Positions 28,732 to 40,200 of a DNA stretch of 64,000 nt are shown in pieces. The translations under genes were made by a program, and so were the position numbers. Position 1 is the first letter of the stretch. Each line of letters opens with the position of its first letter. Origin of the DNA: an uncultured virus (IMG/VR IMGVR_UViG_3300046321_000078) (Duplodnaviria; Heunggongvirae; Uroviricota; Caudoviricetes); IMG/VR virus record IMGVR_UViG_3300046321_000078, one strand, 5' to 3'. The notes under the pieces are model-generated. The model was not told the DNA's origin and ran no database searches. It saw nothing but the letters and a program-made list of their open reading frames with translations.

Positions 28732-29238
28732 ATGAGTGATTTGAAGGTCAATAATAAAGTATTCAACATCCCAGATCCAGGTGCTTCTCCTAATTGGGCT
28801 AAAGATGTTACAAATTGGATAAAAGAAGTGACTGCTGTACTGTCGAGTATTGCAGGTCTTGGTACGATTACTGAGACACAATCTATCATTGAAAACGGTA
28901 TAAACGTTCTCACTCCAAAGCTTGTTCCAGGTCTTATCTTTAATAATAATCTAACTAAGTCTGCTACTATTGCTTATCGTATTTATCGTAAGACACAGAA
29001 TACAACAGCTGTTACTGAAACTGGAATTATGACCGTTCAATATAGCGATATAGATCCACTGAATAAATGGTCTTTACAACGTGAACTTACTAATGGTGAG
29101 CCTACTTTTGTCTATTTTGACATTGATAATTTAGGTCAGATTAAGTACTCCTCTACTCTTATAAATAACAATATTCCTACTGCTGATACAAATTATGAAG
29201 GGTATATTCGTTTTAAAACTACGAATATAATTAAGTAA
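28732..29238 (+). CDS. virion structural protein (fibre adaptor-like)
   Basis: IP.PG.SPNW N-terminus; the C-terminal YRI...G...V pattern recurs in 31850..33295. Confidence 0.6.
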   Translation: MSDLKVNNKVFNIPDPGASPNWAKDVTNWIKEVTAVLSSIAGLGTITETQSIIENGINVLTPKLVPGLIFNNNLTKSATIAYRIYRKTQNTTAVTETGIMTVQYSDIDPLNKWSLQRELTNGEPTFVYFDIDNLGQIKYSSTLINNNIPTADTNYEGYIRFKTTNIIK

Positions 29239-31301
29239 TGATAAATATAAAAAAGCTATTAAAAGGTTTAAGAATATTAAATGATGTAGATCAATCTAAG
29301 GCTGTAGAAATTACAGTAGACGCAACTGCAACATCTAATACTAAAACTACTTTAGTTGTTAAGCAGACAGCAGATCGGACTATTGCTTTACCAGATGTTA
29401 CTGGGACGCTTATTGCTAATATCAATAATAATGCCAACATTTCCGGAGTCACTGTTAATCTTACCAATACTACTGAAAATAAATTACTAGTAGCAGGTGC
29501 TATTACTGGAAACAGTTTGGTTCAGGACAGTTCTATCACTCATGTCGAAGATCCTACTTCAGTAACTTTATCTGTAACTAAAGATTTAATTTTAAGTTCT
29601 CCAAATAAAGAAGTTGTTATAGACGGTAAAGCTATTCGTTTACCTATAGTAGCTTTTAATCCTATGACACCACCCTCTGGTAATGCTGGTGATTTCTTGT
29701 TTAACTCAACATCCCAGAGTGTTTGGTTATGTGATAATTCTGGCTTTTATCTAGAGCAGTTATCCGCTAGTGGAGCTAATAGAACTCTATCTAACTTACT
29801 AGCTCCTACATCTATCAATCAGGATTTAATTCCTAATGGTACTAAAGAATTGGGTAATATTTCTAATAAATTCAACGCAACTTTAGGTGCGGCGGCTGTA
29901 GATTCTTTAACCGTAGCCACTACTGCAATAATTATGGGAAATATAACCGCAGATAAAGTTATATGTAATGAGGTAGATATACTTGGATCTACTACTTTAA
30001 TTAATGCTACTACTATTGATAGTTTAGATCCTAATGTAACGTTAAATAAAGGCGGTAACAATACAACAGCTCAAGGTTCTGGGTTAACAATAGAGCGTGT
30101 TGGTACTAACGGATCATTGGTGTACGATTCGACGCTAGCCTCTAGATTTAAAATTGGAGATCTATCTGTAGAGTCTGAAATTATGACAGTAGATACTAAT
30201 CAATTCATTTCTGCTAATAAATTCTTTAATGGTATTACAAGTTTTGGACAAACTAATGCTAATGAATCTGGAGCTGATGTTACAATTAGTGCTACTAGAA
30301 ATTTATTAATATTAAGTAATGCTTCTTTGATCTCTATCGGTAAGATATCCTATACGGCCGGAATTAATAATGTTAAAGGTACGATTGTTAATACTTTAAC
30401 TACACCGGTGACTTTAAAGCATCAAATTAATTCTGGAACTACAGATGGTGAGTTGTATATACCTGGTGCGACTGATTACGTATTATCTCCAGGTACTTCA
30501 GTTACTTTTAACTCAGTTACCTCAGGCCCTATTAGAATTTATTATTTTGAATGCAAAGTTGATGCTAGTCGCGTCGGAATGATTGAATCTTTTGGTGGCG
30601 ACTTAAACAAAGTGCCAGAAGGTTATCTACTATGTGATGGAAATACCGTCCTAAAAACTGATTATCCGGTTTTATATTCTAAAATTGTTGATAATTGGAG
30701 TAAGTTTAATCAAACGATCGCAGTAGGTACATTTCTTTTACCTGATTTACGTGGATCTTTTTTGAGAGGTTCGTCCGCTATCTATAATCTATCTGGATTT
30801 GTCATAGGTTCTCCATCAGTTCTAGGGAATCAATCTGGCGCAGGTTGGTCAAAAGCTAAACTAGGTGATAGAGTTTATATTACTGGAGGTGGTAGAACTG
30901 GGTATTGGTTTATTGATCCTATTACCTTCGGTGGATCTTTTATGATATTTAATACAAAATCTGATGCTTTGACTGGCGTATCTCCGGTACAGTTTACATC
31001 TAACGGTGTTATTAGTGTTACCTTAGATACTGACCGGAATTTTGGATCTCGTTACGGTTTTAATACTACAATCACAGACAGCACTTCTAATGTGGGTTCT
31101 GAACAAATTCAACAAATACAGGCACATGCGCATAGTATACCGTTAGGTACCGGATCTGTAGTTGCGTCTTCAAATGTAGCTCCTATATCTTCTGCGACGC
31201 CTGGTGGAACTGCTACAACATCAAGTACAAGCGGTTTAGAGACTAGACCAGAAAATAAATCAGTAACATACATTATAAAAGCATTTCCAGATTATTACTA
31301 G
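29238..31301 (+). CDS. tail fibre protein with phage tail collar domain
   Basis: VGMIESFGG..PEGYLLCDG..YPVLY..FLLPDLRGSFLRG; AHAH; ETRPENKSVTYIIKA. Confidence 0.88.
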   Translation: MINIKKLLKGLRILNDVDQSKAVEITVDATATSNTKTTLVVKQTADRTIALPDVTGTLIANINNNANISGVTVNLTNTTENKLLVAGAITGNSLVQDSSITHVEDPTSVTLSVTKDLILSSPNKEVVIDGKAIRLPIVAFNPMTPPSGNAGDFLFNSTSQSVWLCDNSGFYLEQLSASGANRTLSNLLAPTSINQDLIPNGTKELGNISNKFNATLGAAAVDSLTVATTAIIMGNITADKVICNEVDILGSTTLINATTIDSLDPNVTLNKGGNNTTAQGSGLTIERVGTNGSLVYDSTLASRFKIGDLSVESEIMTVDTNQFISANKFFNGITSFGQTNANESGADVTISATRNLLILSNASLISIGKISYTAGINNVKGTIVNTLTTPVTLKHQINSGTTDGELYIPGATDYVLSPGTSVTFNSVTSGPIRIYYFECKVDASRVGMIESFGGDLNKVPEGYLLCDGNTVLKTDYPVLYSKIVDNWSKFNQTIAVGTFLLPDLRGSFLRGSSAIYNLSGFVIGSPSVLGNQSGAGWSKAKLGDRVYITGGGRTGYWFIDPITFGGSFMIFNTKSDALTGVSPVQFTSNGVISVTLDTDRNFGSRYGFNTTITDSTSNVGSEQIQQIQAHAHSIPLGTGSVVASSNVAPISSATPGGTATTSSTSGLETRPENKSVTYIIKAFPDYY

Positions 31302-31309
31302 GAGTTTAC

Positions 31310-31834
31310 ATGACAGACGCTAGAAATTTAAGTTCCGATAATATATTTAGAAAAGTGTTCGATGGAACTACTGACACACTAAAAGTATCAGGTACGTTCT
31401 CGGCCTTACCTCCAGTAGGTGCTTCTACTGAGGCTAAACAAGACACACAAATAACAGCTTTAAGTAGCATTGATAGTAAGCTTACTTCACCTATAGCAGT
31501 TACGGGATCTTTAGTTATAGCTCCTCCTCAAATTTATGTAACGTCGGCTTTAATTGATGCGGCGGTTACTAATATTCCAGGTAATGCTTCTTTACCTTTA
31601 CAATTAATTGCATCTACTTCACAAGTTACGGTTGAGATTCAGAGCATTGATGATATCGGTGAGTACATGGCTTTATACACAGGTCCAGCTAGTTCTGAAG
31701 TATTACTTTGTGCATTACCTTTAGGTGGTGGTGAAGTTAAGGTAAGCATCCCGTTAGCTACTCGTATTTCAATAAAGTCGCTGAAGTCAGCAGCTATTAC
31801 AAATTCAAATTTAATTATTAATTTATTAAAATAA
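31310..31834 (+). CDS. virion protein sharing modules with 17116..21153
   Basis: NIFRKVFDGTTDTL vs NIIRKVFDHTTDSL; SIDSKLTSP in both. Confidence 0.65.
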   Translation: MTDARNLSSDNIFRKVFDGTTDTLKVSGTFSALPPVGASTEAKQDTQITALSSIDSKLTSPIAVTGSLVIAPPQIYVTSALIDAAVTNIPGNASLPLQLIASTSQVTVEIQSIDDIGEYMALYTGPASSEVLLCALPLGGGEVKVSIPLATRISIKSLKSAAITNSNLIINLLK

Positions 31835-31849
31835 CAATAGGAGAAATAG

Positions 31850-33295
31850 ATGGCAAGTACAGTTTTTAACTTAGGTGCGGTAAAGCTTTTAAAAAAGATC
31901 TTACGTTTCCAGGATAGTGATGTTCAAATCATTACCGGTAACGCAGCAAACCCTACTGTAACAGCAGTAGACGCTGTTAGCGGTTCTATTTACATTCAGG
32001 CAGGTACTTCTAACCTATACATTAAACAGGACAATGGAAGTACTACAAACTTCGCATTAACTTCAACTAGTGCAACCTTAGCTAGTTATATCCTGACATC
32101 TCAAAAGGGAGTGGCTAATGGCGTTGCTTCTCTTGATTCTGGTGGTAAAATCCCATCTGCTCAATTACCAAGCACGGTTATGGATTACAAAGGTAATTAT
32201 GACGCATCTACTAATACACCAACTTTAGTTGATGGAACTGGTAATGCTGGAGATGTTTATCGAGTAAATGTTGCAGGTTCCCAAGACTTTGGCAGCGGTC
32301 CGCAAACTCTTGCAGTAGGTGACTGGGTTGTTTACAGTGGTACTATCTGGGAGAAGTCTTCTAATAGTAATGCGGTTATGTCTGTTAACGGCTTTACTGG
32401 AACTGTTGTTTTATCAACAACTGATATTGCTGAAGGTAGTAACTTATACTATACTACAGCTAGATTTAATACAGCGTTAGCATCTAAATCTACTACGGAT
32501 TTAGCAGAGGGTACTAACTTATATTACACAGCTGCTCGTTTTAATACAGCTTTCTCCGGTAAATCAACAAGCGATTTAGCTGAAGGATCTAATTTATATT
32601 TCACAGATGAGCGTGTTGATGATCGTGTTGCAGCATTAGTTCAAGCTGGTACAAACATCGCCGTAACTTATGATGATGTCGCTAATACTTTAACGATTGA
32701 TTCTACCGGATCTTATACTGATGAACAAGCTCAAGATGCGGTTGGTGGAATTCTTACAGATACAGCAACTATTGATTTAAATTACAATGATGTTGGAAAT
32801 ATTATTACAGCTAACGTTCAAGCTAATTCAATTGATGGAACTCACATCATGTCTGGATTGAATGTTAATAAATTATCGTCAGGTTCAGTTACTAATACTG
32901 AGTTTGATTATTTATCAGCAGCAACTAGTAATATCCAGGGTCAACTTAATGATAAAGAACCTATACATAATACAACTTTAACTCAAGACTATAATCTAAC
33001 ATTAGGTGCTAACGTTACTAATGAAGTCGTAACTGTATTGACTTTTGCACATGCTGCATACAACGGTTGTATCGTTGATTACCGTATTTCAAAAGGTACA
33101 TTAGTACGTGCTGGACGTTTGTTAGTGGCTTCTGATGGCACTAATGTTTCGTTGAATGACAGTTTTGTTGAAACAGTTGATAGTACTATTGTTTTTGAAG
33201 CAGTTATCAACGGTGCTAACATTAATATCAGACATACTAATACTGAATCAGGGACGATTCTTATTACTTATCAACAAAATAAGTTCAACGTATAA
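31850..33295 (+). CDS. tail fibre-like protein
   Basis: KGVANGVASLD, YKGNYDASTNTP, V.SVNG.TG.V.L, three TDLAEG.NLY repeats. Confidence 0.8.
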   Translation: MASTVFNLGAVKLLKKILRFQDSDVQIITGNAANPTVTAVDAVSGSIYIQAGTSNLYIKQDNGSTTNFALTSTSATLASYILTSQKGVANGVASLDSGGKIPSAQLPSTVMDYKGNYDASTNTPTLVDGTGNAGDVYRVNVAGSQDFGSGPQTLAVGDWVVYSGTIWEKSSNSNAVMSVNGFTGTVVLSTTDIAEGSNLYYTTARFNTALASKSTTDLAEGTNLYYTAARFNTAFSGKSTSDLAEGSNLYFTDERVDDRVAALVQAGTNIAVTYDDVANTLTIDSTGSYTDEQAQDAVGGILTDTATIDLNYNDVGNIITANVQANSIDGTHIMSGLNVNKLSSGSVTNTEFDYLSAATSNIQGQLNDKEPIHNTTLTQDYNLTLGANVTNEVVTVLTFAHAAYNGCIVDYRISKGTLVRAGRLLVASDGTNVSLNDSFVETVDSTIVFEAVINGANINIRHTNTESGTILITYQQNKFNV

Positions 33296-33303
33296 CATAT
33301 ACT
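33293..33303 (+). promoter_or_regulatory. TAACATATACT motif
   Basis: Upstream of 33323. Confidence 0.7.
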
Positions 33304-33322
33304 AACATAAGGAAAATGAATT

Positions 33323-35149
33323 ATGTCTAGAAATCATTTTAAAATAAGTAAAGGGGTGTCACTGAGTCCGGTGACTGCCCAACCATCTGATCCTGAGAAT
33401 GGCGATATAATTTATAATAGTACTACGACTAGGTTTGAAAAGTATGAAGCTGGCAGCTGGTCCACATTAGGTTCTGGTGCTAATCAAACTTTATCTAATT
33501 TAACTTCCCCAACAACTATCAATCAAAATTTAAATGCGGACTCTTTTACGTTAGCCACTTCTCGCTCTATCGGAGACTTAATTCCTTTCCTAAGAGTAGG
33601 TGCTTTACGGTACAGTAATCCAGGTATAGTTTACACAATGACTGGAGACTTTACCTCAGGTTCAAATCAAATTACTAATGTTACAGGGACCTTACCTACT
33701 TTTCAGACAGCTTCTTATTATTCGGTTTATGTTCAAGGTGTAACCAATTTCTTTACTATTACAACATTTAATTCAGCAACTTTGTTAACTATGTCAGCAA
33801 ACGCTTTAGCTACTTCTACTGGTGTTGCTTTTTATTTAGTTGCACCGTACTTAGCTCGCTCTGATGATGTCACCGTAGCCGGTCAACAATCCGGCTTATT
33901 CGGTATGAGATCTGGTAATGTTACTACAGGTATATCCGGACCAGTATCTTTAGTTTCCGGTAATGCTACAGGAGCTGCTGGAGTATCTGGTACTGTATTC
34001 TCAGGTTCAGGCTCTACTACTACAGGTACTTCTGGTACGAATTCAATGCGTACCGGCATTTCTTCTGGTGGTGGCAATTCTGGAGCTATATTTTCAGTTA
34101 CAGGATCTGTAACTACAGGTGTGTCGGGTGATCAATCTTTATTTACAGGTAATGCTTCGGGTACTGCCGGTATTTCTGGTGGTATAAACGTTACAAGTGG
34201 ATCGGCAACTACCGGAGTGTCTGGGAATACTAGCGTTGGTACTGGTTCTACTACTACATCGGTAAGTGGTTCTACTACGCTAAGAACTGGAAATTCTTCT
34301 TCTGGTGGAGCTTCTGGTAGTCTTACTGTTATCTCGGGAACTACAACCTCAGCTACTAGCGGTCAAATATCTATAAGCACTGGTGTTTCTTCTGCTAGTA
34401 ATTCAGGTCAAATAAATGTAAGTTCTGGATCAATTACTACAGGTAATTCCGGATCTATCAGTATAAATTCGGGTAATTCAACTTCTGGAGGTACTTCTGG
34501 TAGTGTGAATATTCAGTCTGGTATCACAACTACCGCAGCCTCAGGTAATGCAACCTTAGCTACTGGAGATTCAACATCAGGTTCAACTGGTTCTATATTT
34601 TTAAATGTAGGAACTACGTCTGGAACTAAAGGTATTGTTTCGACAAATACTAGTATTAATATGAACAGTAATAAGATTACAGCAGTTGCTGATCCTACTA
34701 CTTCTCAAGAGGTGGCTACTAAGAATTATGTTGATACTCGAGTTATTCAAGTTGTTGGAAATCTGCCTTCTGGTCAAAGTATCCCATCTAGTATGGCAAC
34801 TACTGTATTATTTTCAGAGTCTTCTGATGTTGGTAATATATATAATCCGTCAACAGGAGAAGCTGTGATGCCTAGAAATGGTATTCTGCATATTACAAGT
34901 TATGTTACTTTTCAATCAGGTGCAGCAGCAGATACTTGTAACGTAGCTTTACATATAAATGGGACGGCGGTAGCAGTATCTCCATCACAAGCTTTTACCA
35001 TAAGCGTTGCGACTCCATTTTTCGGATGTTATCCTCTGGTTGCATCTATTCCGGTACTAACTTCTGATGTAATTACTATAAGAACAACTCAATACGCAGC
35101 AACGGCTAGGATATTAAATGATGGTAATTTAGGATTAAGGTTAGAGTAA
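33323..35149 (+). CDS. tail fibre/adhesin with a Gly-Ser-Thr repeat shaft and C1q-like head
   Basis: 15-16-residue SG/TG repeats; KITAVADPT..QEVATKNYVD neck; YNPSTG.......G...I head. Confidence 0.75.
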   Translation: MSRNHFKISKGVSLSPVTAQPSDPENGDIIYNSTTTRFEKYEAGSWSTLGSGANQTLSNLTSPTTINQNLNADSFTLATSRSIGDLIPFLRVGALRYSNPGIVYTMTGDFTSGSNQITNVTGTLPTFQTASYYSVYVQGVTNFFTITTFNSATLLTMSANALATSTGVAFYLVAPYLARSDDVTVAGQQSGLFGMRSGNVTTGISGPVSLVSGNATGAAGVSGTVFSGSGSTTTGTSGTNSMRTGISSGGGNSGAIFSVTGSVTTGVSGDQSLFTGNASGTAGISGGINVTSGSATTGVSGNTSVGTGSTTTSVSGSTTLRTGNSSSGGASGSLTVISGTTTSATSGQISISTGVSSASNSGQINVSSGSITTGNSGSISINSGNSTSGGTSGSVNIQSGITTTAASGNATLATGDSTSGSTGSIFLNVGTTSGTKGIVSTNTSINMNSNKITAVADPTTSQEVATKNYVDTRVIQVVGNLPSGQSIPSSMATTVLFSESSDVGNIYNPSTGEAVMPRNGILHITSYVTFQSGAAADTCNVALHINGTAVAVSPSQAFTISVATPFFGCYPLVASIPVLTSDVITIRTTQYAATARILNDGNLGLRLE

Positions 35150-35385
35150 TGGCTATAATGTTATCAAATAAAGACAAAAAAAAAGCATTGGCTCAGATAT
35201 CCGATACTGGATCTCTTATTGTAGAGAAAACGGTTTATTTAGATTCTGATCAAAATGTTATAGAAATTACCGAGTTAAGACGTAAATCTATAGAGCTTGA
35301 GAAATATAAGAAGTATACAAAATTGACAGCAATTACCGCTGTTATCACCTTAACTATTGCCGGAGTGTTATTATGGACTATTTAA
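35149..35385 (+). CDS. hypothetical protein with C-terminal TM
   Basis: Overlap coupling; hydrophobic C-terminus. Confidence 0.55.
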   Translation: MAIMLSNKDKKKALAQISDTGSLIVEKTVYLDSDQNVIEITELRRKSIELEKYKKYTKLTAITAVITLTIAGVLLWTI

Positions 35386-35594
35386 AGAACAAACGAGCCG
35401 CAGCTAGCATTCAAGATACTTTTGGTGCTAAGTATAACCCTTTGGAAGATCTAGATCCCGCTGTAGCACAAGAAATCCAGAAGTATCCAGAACATGTGCA
35501 GCCTCGTATGATTAACGAAGCTTATGATAAAGCTGGTACATTTATGAAACTAAAGCGGATGCTTAAGGGTCTGAATGATGGGGAAGTTAAGTAG
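35373..35594 (+). CDS. hypothetical protein
   Basis: GGAG RBS. Confidence 0.55.
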   Translation: MDYLKNKRAAASIQDTFGAKYNPLEDLDPAVAQEIQKYPEHVQPRMINEAYDKAGTFMKLKRMLKGLNDGEVK

Positions 35595-35598
35595 AAAA

Positions 35599-35609
35599 TA
35601 ACATATATT
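35599..35609 (+). promoter_or_regulatory. TAACATATATT motif
   Basis: Upstream of 35629. Confidence 0.7.
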
Positions 35610-35628
35610 AATATATAGAGGAGTTAAT

Positions 35629-35964
35629 ATGAAAGATTTAAAAGAGTTATTAGGTGCTAAGAAGAAGATTGATCCGATCGAAAAAGAAGCTAAATTAGCT
35701 GCCGTTAGCGGTATGCGTAAAATGGCTGGAGATATGATGGCTGATGACATGAAGTCTATGAAAAAAGTCACAGTAGCCGCTCCTGATACAGAATCTTTAA
35801 AGCTTGGTTTGGAAAAAGCTGAAGATGTTATCGAAGATATGCCAGATACTGAAGAGACTCAAGATGAAATGGCTGAAGCTGTAAATTCTTGTGAAACTCC
35901 AGAAGACATTGATAAATTAATTGCTAAATTAAATGAGAAAAAATTAGAATTAACTAAGGTTTAA
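35629..35964 (+). CDS. acidic hypothetical protein
   Basis: GAGGAG RBS. Confidence 0.65.
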   Translation: MKDLKELLGAKKKIDPIEKEAKLAAVSGMRKMAGDMMADDMKSMKKVTVAAPDTESLKLGLEKAEDVIEDMPDTEETQDEMAEAVNSCETPEDIDKLIAKLNEKKLELTKV

Positions 35965-35966
35965 TT

Positions 35967-37286
35967 GTGGCTAACAGTAAATTGTTAACTACGAGAAAAC
36001 TAATTGATTTAGTTACTCTAAAGTCTTTAATCCCTACTACTCAAAATACTTTCCTAGAGAAAGACTTTCTTTCGTTTATTAACGAAGAAATGGACTTGGG
36101 TTTAATTCCACACATTATGATGTATAATGAGGACTATTTTCTGTTTACAGAAAGTATTCCTTTAGTAAATGGAGTTAACAGATACACCATACCAAGTAGA
36201 GCTATAGGTACAAAACTTAGAGATATATGCTATAATGATGGCACTAATCTACACGAGATGACTCGTATTTCTGTTGAAGATCTTGTGGATAACTGGACTA
36301 ATTTGTACTCTTCTAACTTAAGATCTTTTTATATAGAGGGTGATGAGATCGTCATTCCTAACGTCTCTGTTGCCGGATCTATTAATGTATCATATTACAT
36401 AAGACCAAATAGTATCGTCTCAGAAGATGATACATGTTCTGTTGTTTCTATTAATAAAAATAATGGACTAGTAACTGTAGATAAGTATCCTGAAAAATTC
36501 ATAGGTATTACATCTTTTGATATCACTTCATCTAAGTCTTCTTTTCGTTTAGTTTCAAAAGAGTTTATCCCTGATGGTATAGCTTCCGAGCTTAACCTTA
36601 ACTTTACGTTCGGCACAATTAAAAAATTATCTTTTGTAATGCCTTCTTTTATTTCCATTACCGGATCTTCTTATATTCAAGTTATAGATAATAGTCAAGG
36701 TCTTTCTCAAGTTAATGTTTTCTGGTTTGATAAGACTGGATTTGATATTGCTCCTATTATTTCAGGTGCGGCTTTATATAGAGTTGACATTGTGTCAGCA
36801 TTAACAGTTAGTGACGTTATATTATCTTTATTATCGTTATTTAATTCTTCTTTTTCCGATAATAGACTTATCATGCAACAAGTATCATCTTCTTCATTCT
36901 CTATTGAGAACGGCGGATTAGGCATTTCTGTTGGTGATAATTTCTACGTATCCGCTTCTTTTACTTTAGTTGAGAGTATTGTTCTTTCTGGAACAAATAC
37001 TGTCCCGTCGCGTTTGAATATTAATGATGTTATAGCGTTACCGGAAGAAACTACTATTCCACAAATACCAATTGAACTTCACGCAATGCTTGCTCAACGT
37101 GTCTCTATGAGATGTTTAGAAGCTTTGGGAGATGCTGCTGGATTACAAGCCGCAGCAGCTAAGCTTGTTGATATGGAGTCAAAGACCGCAGCTCTTATTG
37201 ATAATAGAGTTGAGTCTGCTCCCATTAAAATATCACCAAGACACACTCCGATAAAAAGAGCTACATCTACAAATAGAAGGGGATAG
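35967..37286 (+). CDS. head-tail adaptor-like protein
   Basis: Helical N- and C-termini, G..RYTIP, PQIP.ELH.ML; precedes the nozzle gene. Confidence 0.6.
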   Translation: MANSKLLTTRKLIDLVTLKSLIPTTQNTFLEKDFLSFINEEMDLGLIPHIMMYNEDYFLFTESIPLVNGVNRYTIPSRAIGTKLRDICYNDGTNLHEMTRISVEDLVDNWTNLYSSNLRSFYIEGDEIVIPNVSVAGSINVSYYIRPNSIVSEDDTCSVVSINKNNGLVTVDKYPEKFIGITSFDITSSKSSFRLVSKEFIPDGIASELNLNFTFGTIKKLSFVMPSFISITGSSYIQVIDNSQGLSQVNVFWFDKTGFDIAPIISGAALYRVDIVSALTVSDVILSLLSLFNSSFSDNRLIMQQVSSSSFSIENGGLGISVGDNFYVSASFTLVESIVLSGTNTVPSRLNINDVIALPEETTIPQIPIELHAMLAQRVSMRCLEALGDAAGLQAAAAKLVDMESKTAALIDNRVESAPIKISPRHTPIKRATSTNRRG

Positions 37287-37288
37287 TC

Positions 37289-40200
37289 ATGGCTACATCT
37301 TCCATAAATAAAGCTACAGGTCTTAAGACTTTCGCTAATTACATTGGTGAATCGGAAGGTGATCAATCTTTAGCGAGTAATGTTGTTATTGATCGAGATA
37401 ACATCATAGAACCTAGACGCGGTATGAAAGTTTTAGCTGAGTTACCCGAATATTCAAAACAATTACTTACTTATAAAGATAGAGTTCTTTGTCATTATGG
37501 TAACTCTATAGGTTATCTAAATACAGTAGATCCTGCTACTATGACTGTAATGAAAGGTACTTCTAATTTTACAATTACAACAGCATCTTATAATGTTTCA
37601 ATTATAGATCACGCTTTATCCGTTGGTGATGTTGTGTTTTTTGTCAAAACTAGAGATTATTCAACACCTTCCTCTTATTTTCCTTTCCCAACTGGAGTTA
37701 ATGAAGTATCAAGTTATGTTGTTTACCAAATTATTGATAAGGATACCATTACTATAGCTGACTCTTTAGATGGATCTCCTATTTTACTTGGAGCAAATTC
37801 AAAAGCAACTTTAGTGTACGACTTTATCACAAACGAAGTCAAATCTAAACTACGCATTAAGTATATTGAATTAAATAGTAATTTATATTTTACAACAAGT
37901 GATGGTGTTAAGAAAGTATCTCAATTAAATCCATACGCTATCTCTAGAGCTGGTGGAATTACATCTCTCGGTGTTGATCTATCTTTATCTTTCTCGGGTA
38001 CCGGTGGATTCTTTGGTCCTAATAGCTTCTCTCAAGATGTTGAAGTATCTTATCGTGTATTATGGGGAACTAAGGATGTTAATACTAATTTAATATTAGG
38101 TAAGCCTAGCGAAAGAGCTTTTGTTCAGAATTATACAAAACAAAATGCTGATGTAATTATTAGCTTTGGAGTACCTCAAGGTATTACCGTTGATAATTTC
38201 TTTCAAATATATCGAACTAACGTTTTCAATATAAACGGATCTGGCGATGAGATGCGTTTAATATATGAATCGCCTTATGATGGATTCTCTACAGTAATTA
38301 CCGTAACAGATAGTACTCCAGAAGTTATCAGAGATACAGGAACTCCTTTATATACAAATGAGTTATCTGGCGAAGGTATTTTACAGTCAAACGATAGACC
38401 TCCGGTGTGCGAAGATATTTGTGTTTATAAAAATAGAGCGTGGTTTGCAAATACTAAGACCACTCAGAAGTTAGACATGACTTTCTTGGGTTTTGATGGA
38501 TTTAAAGATCCTATTGATGCTCCAGTTGCTGTTGGAAATCCTGCAACAATTACTCTACCTTCTGGTCACGGAGTTCAAGTTGGTGAGTATGTGGCATTAG
38601 CTAATACAACTAGCGTAGACGGTCAGTATATCGTAACAGCAGTAACAGCTACCTCTATTACTATATCAGCAGACAGTGCTCAATTTGGTTTGAATTATGT
38701 ACTATATAGAACTTATGTTACTATTACTAAGAATACACAATCTAATAAATACTTCTTTGTAGGTAAGCCTGAAATAACTAACTTAGTAGCTAAGCCTTTC
38801 GGTCTTCAAGAAAAAACTAAAATTACTATAAATAATGTTGGAACTTTTTACAATGTAGTAGGTCCTGCCTTATATTTTACACTAGACTCACTTACTCAGC
38901 ATTATTTTTATTATAAGATTAATGTATCACAAACCGATCCAGCCATTGTTGGTAAGACGGGCCATGTCATTACAATTTTAACGACAGATGATGAGGCTTC
39001 AATTGCACTAAAAACACAAGTAGCGGTTGCCTCAGTCACTTCAGAGTTTACTGCCACAGTGTCTGGAGCTGATGTTACCGTTACTAACGTTGGTTATGGT
39101 CCAGCTGTTGATGCAACACCTGCTACTTCTGGAGTAAGTTTGGTAATTACTCAAGGTAGTGTTGGAGTTAATCCGTCAGAATATTTCAACCTTACTTCTA
39201 TAGACGATAAAATTAAATACTCTTTCTGGTTCGCTAAATCTGTAGCTGATGTTGCTCCGATTGTTAGTGGACGAGTTGTTTTCAAAATTGATTTATACTC
39301 TACACCTACTGTAACAGAAGATGAAGTTCGTGATCGCATTAAAGAAACTTTAGATGCTACCGGAGATTTTTTTACTATATTAGGCGGGACTACTGGGGAA
39401 CTTATAGTAACAACTATCACATCAGGAGCAGTTACTGATTTAATAAGTGCTTCACAAAGCGGTACATCACTTACTTCTATTAATAAAACACAAGATGGAT
39501 TTGGTGAGAATGTAGCTTTAGGTTTTGCGAAATTATCAAGCTATGTATCTCCGGCGGCGGCCATTGAAGATACAGCTAAGTCTTTAGTTAAGCTTATAAA
39601 CTTCACAACTAATAGTCCCGTTTATGCTTACTACTTAGCTACTACAAATAGTTTACCTGGTCAGTTTTATTTAGAAGAGAAGAATTTCTCAGCTACATCT
39701 TTCAGTATTATCGGAACTGGAATGCAATCAAACGTAAGCTTTAATCCGGTAATAACATCTTTGGTAAATTCAACAAACAACGTTGGAAACAATGTTCTCA
39801 TGTTCTCTAAAGAACAACAACCGGAAGCGGTTCCAGTTGTTAATTCTTTTAAAATTGGTCCACAGGATAAAGCTATTAAACGTATCTTAGGACTACGTGA
39901 TAGTCTATTCATCTTTAAAGAAGAAGGTCTTTACCGACTTACTGGTGAGAATGAATCTAATTTTAACGTAGCATTCTTTGATAACTCTGGTGTAATTATA
40001 GCACCTGATAGCGCAGTAGTTCTCAATAATCAAATTTACTTCCTAGGTATTCAAGGCGTTTCAACTGCTTCTGAGACAGGAGTGGGTGTTATCTCTAGGC
40101 CAATAGAGGATATATTCAATAGAGCTTCATCTGAGGATTTTACAAATTTCTCCACTTCAACGTTTGGAATTAGCTACGAGGCTGATAGATCTTATATAGT

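Noticed and set aside
33860..34640. Ice-nucleation protein
   Set aside because: Similar period but lacks the AGYGST/SLT consensus; context is a phage fibre
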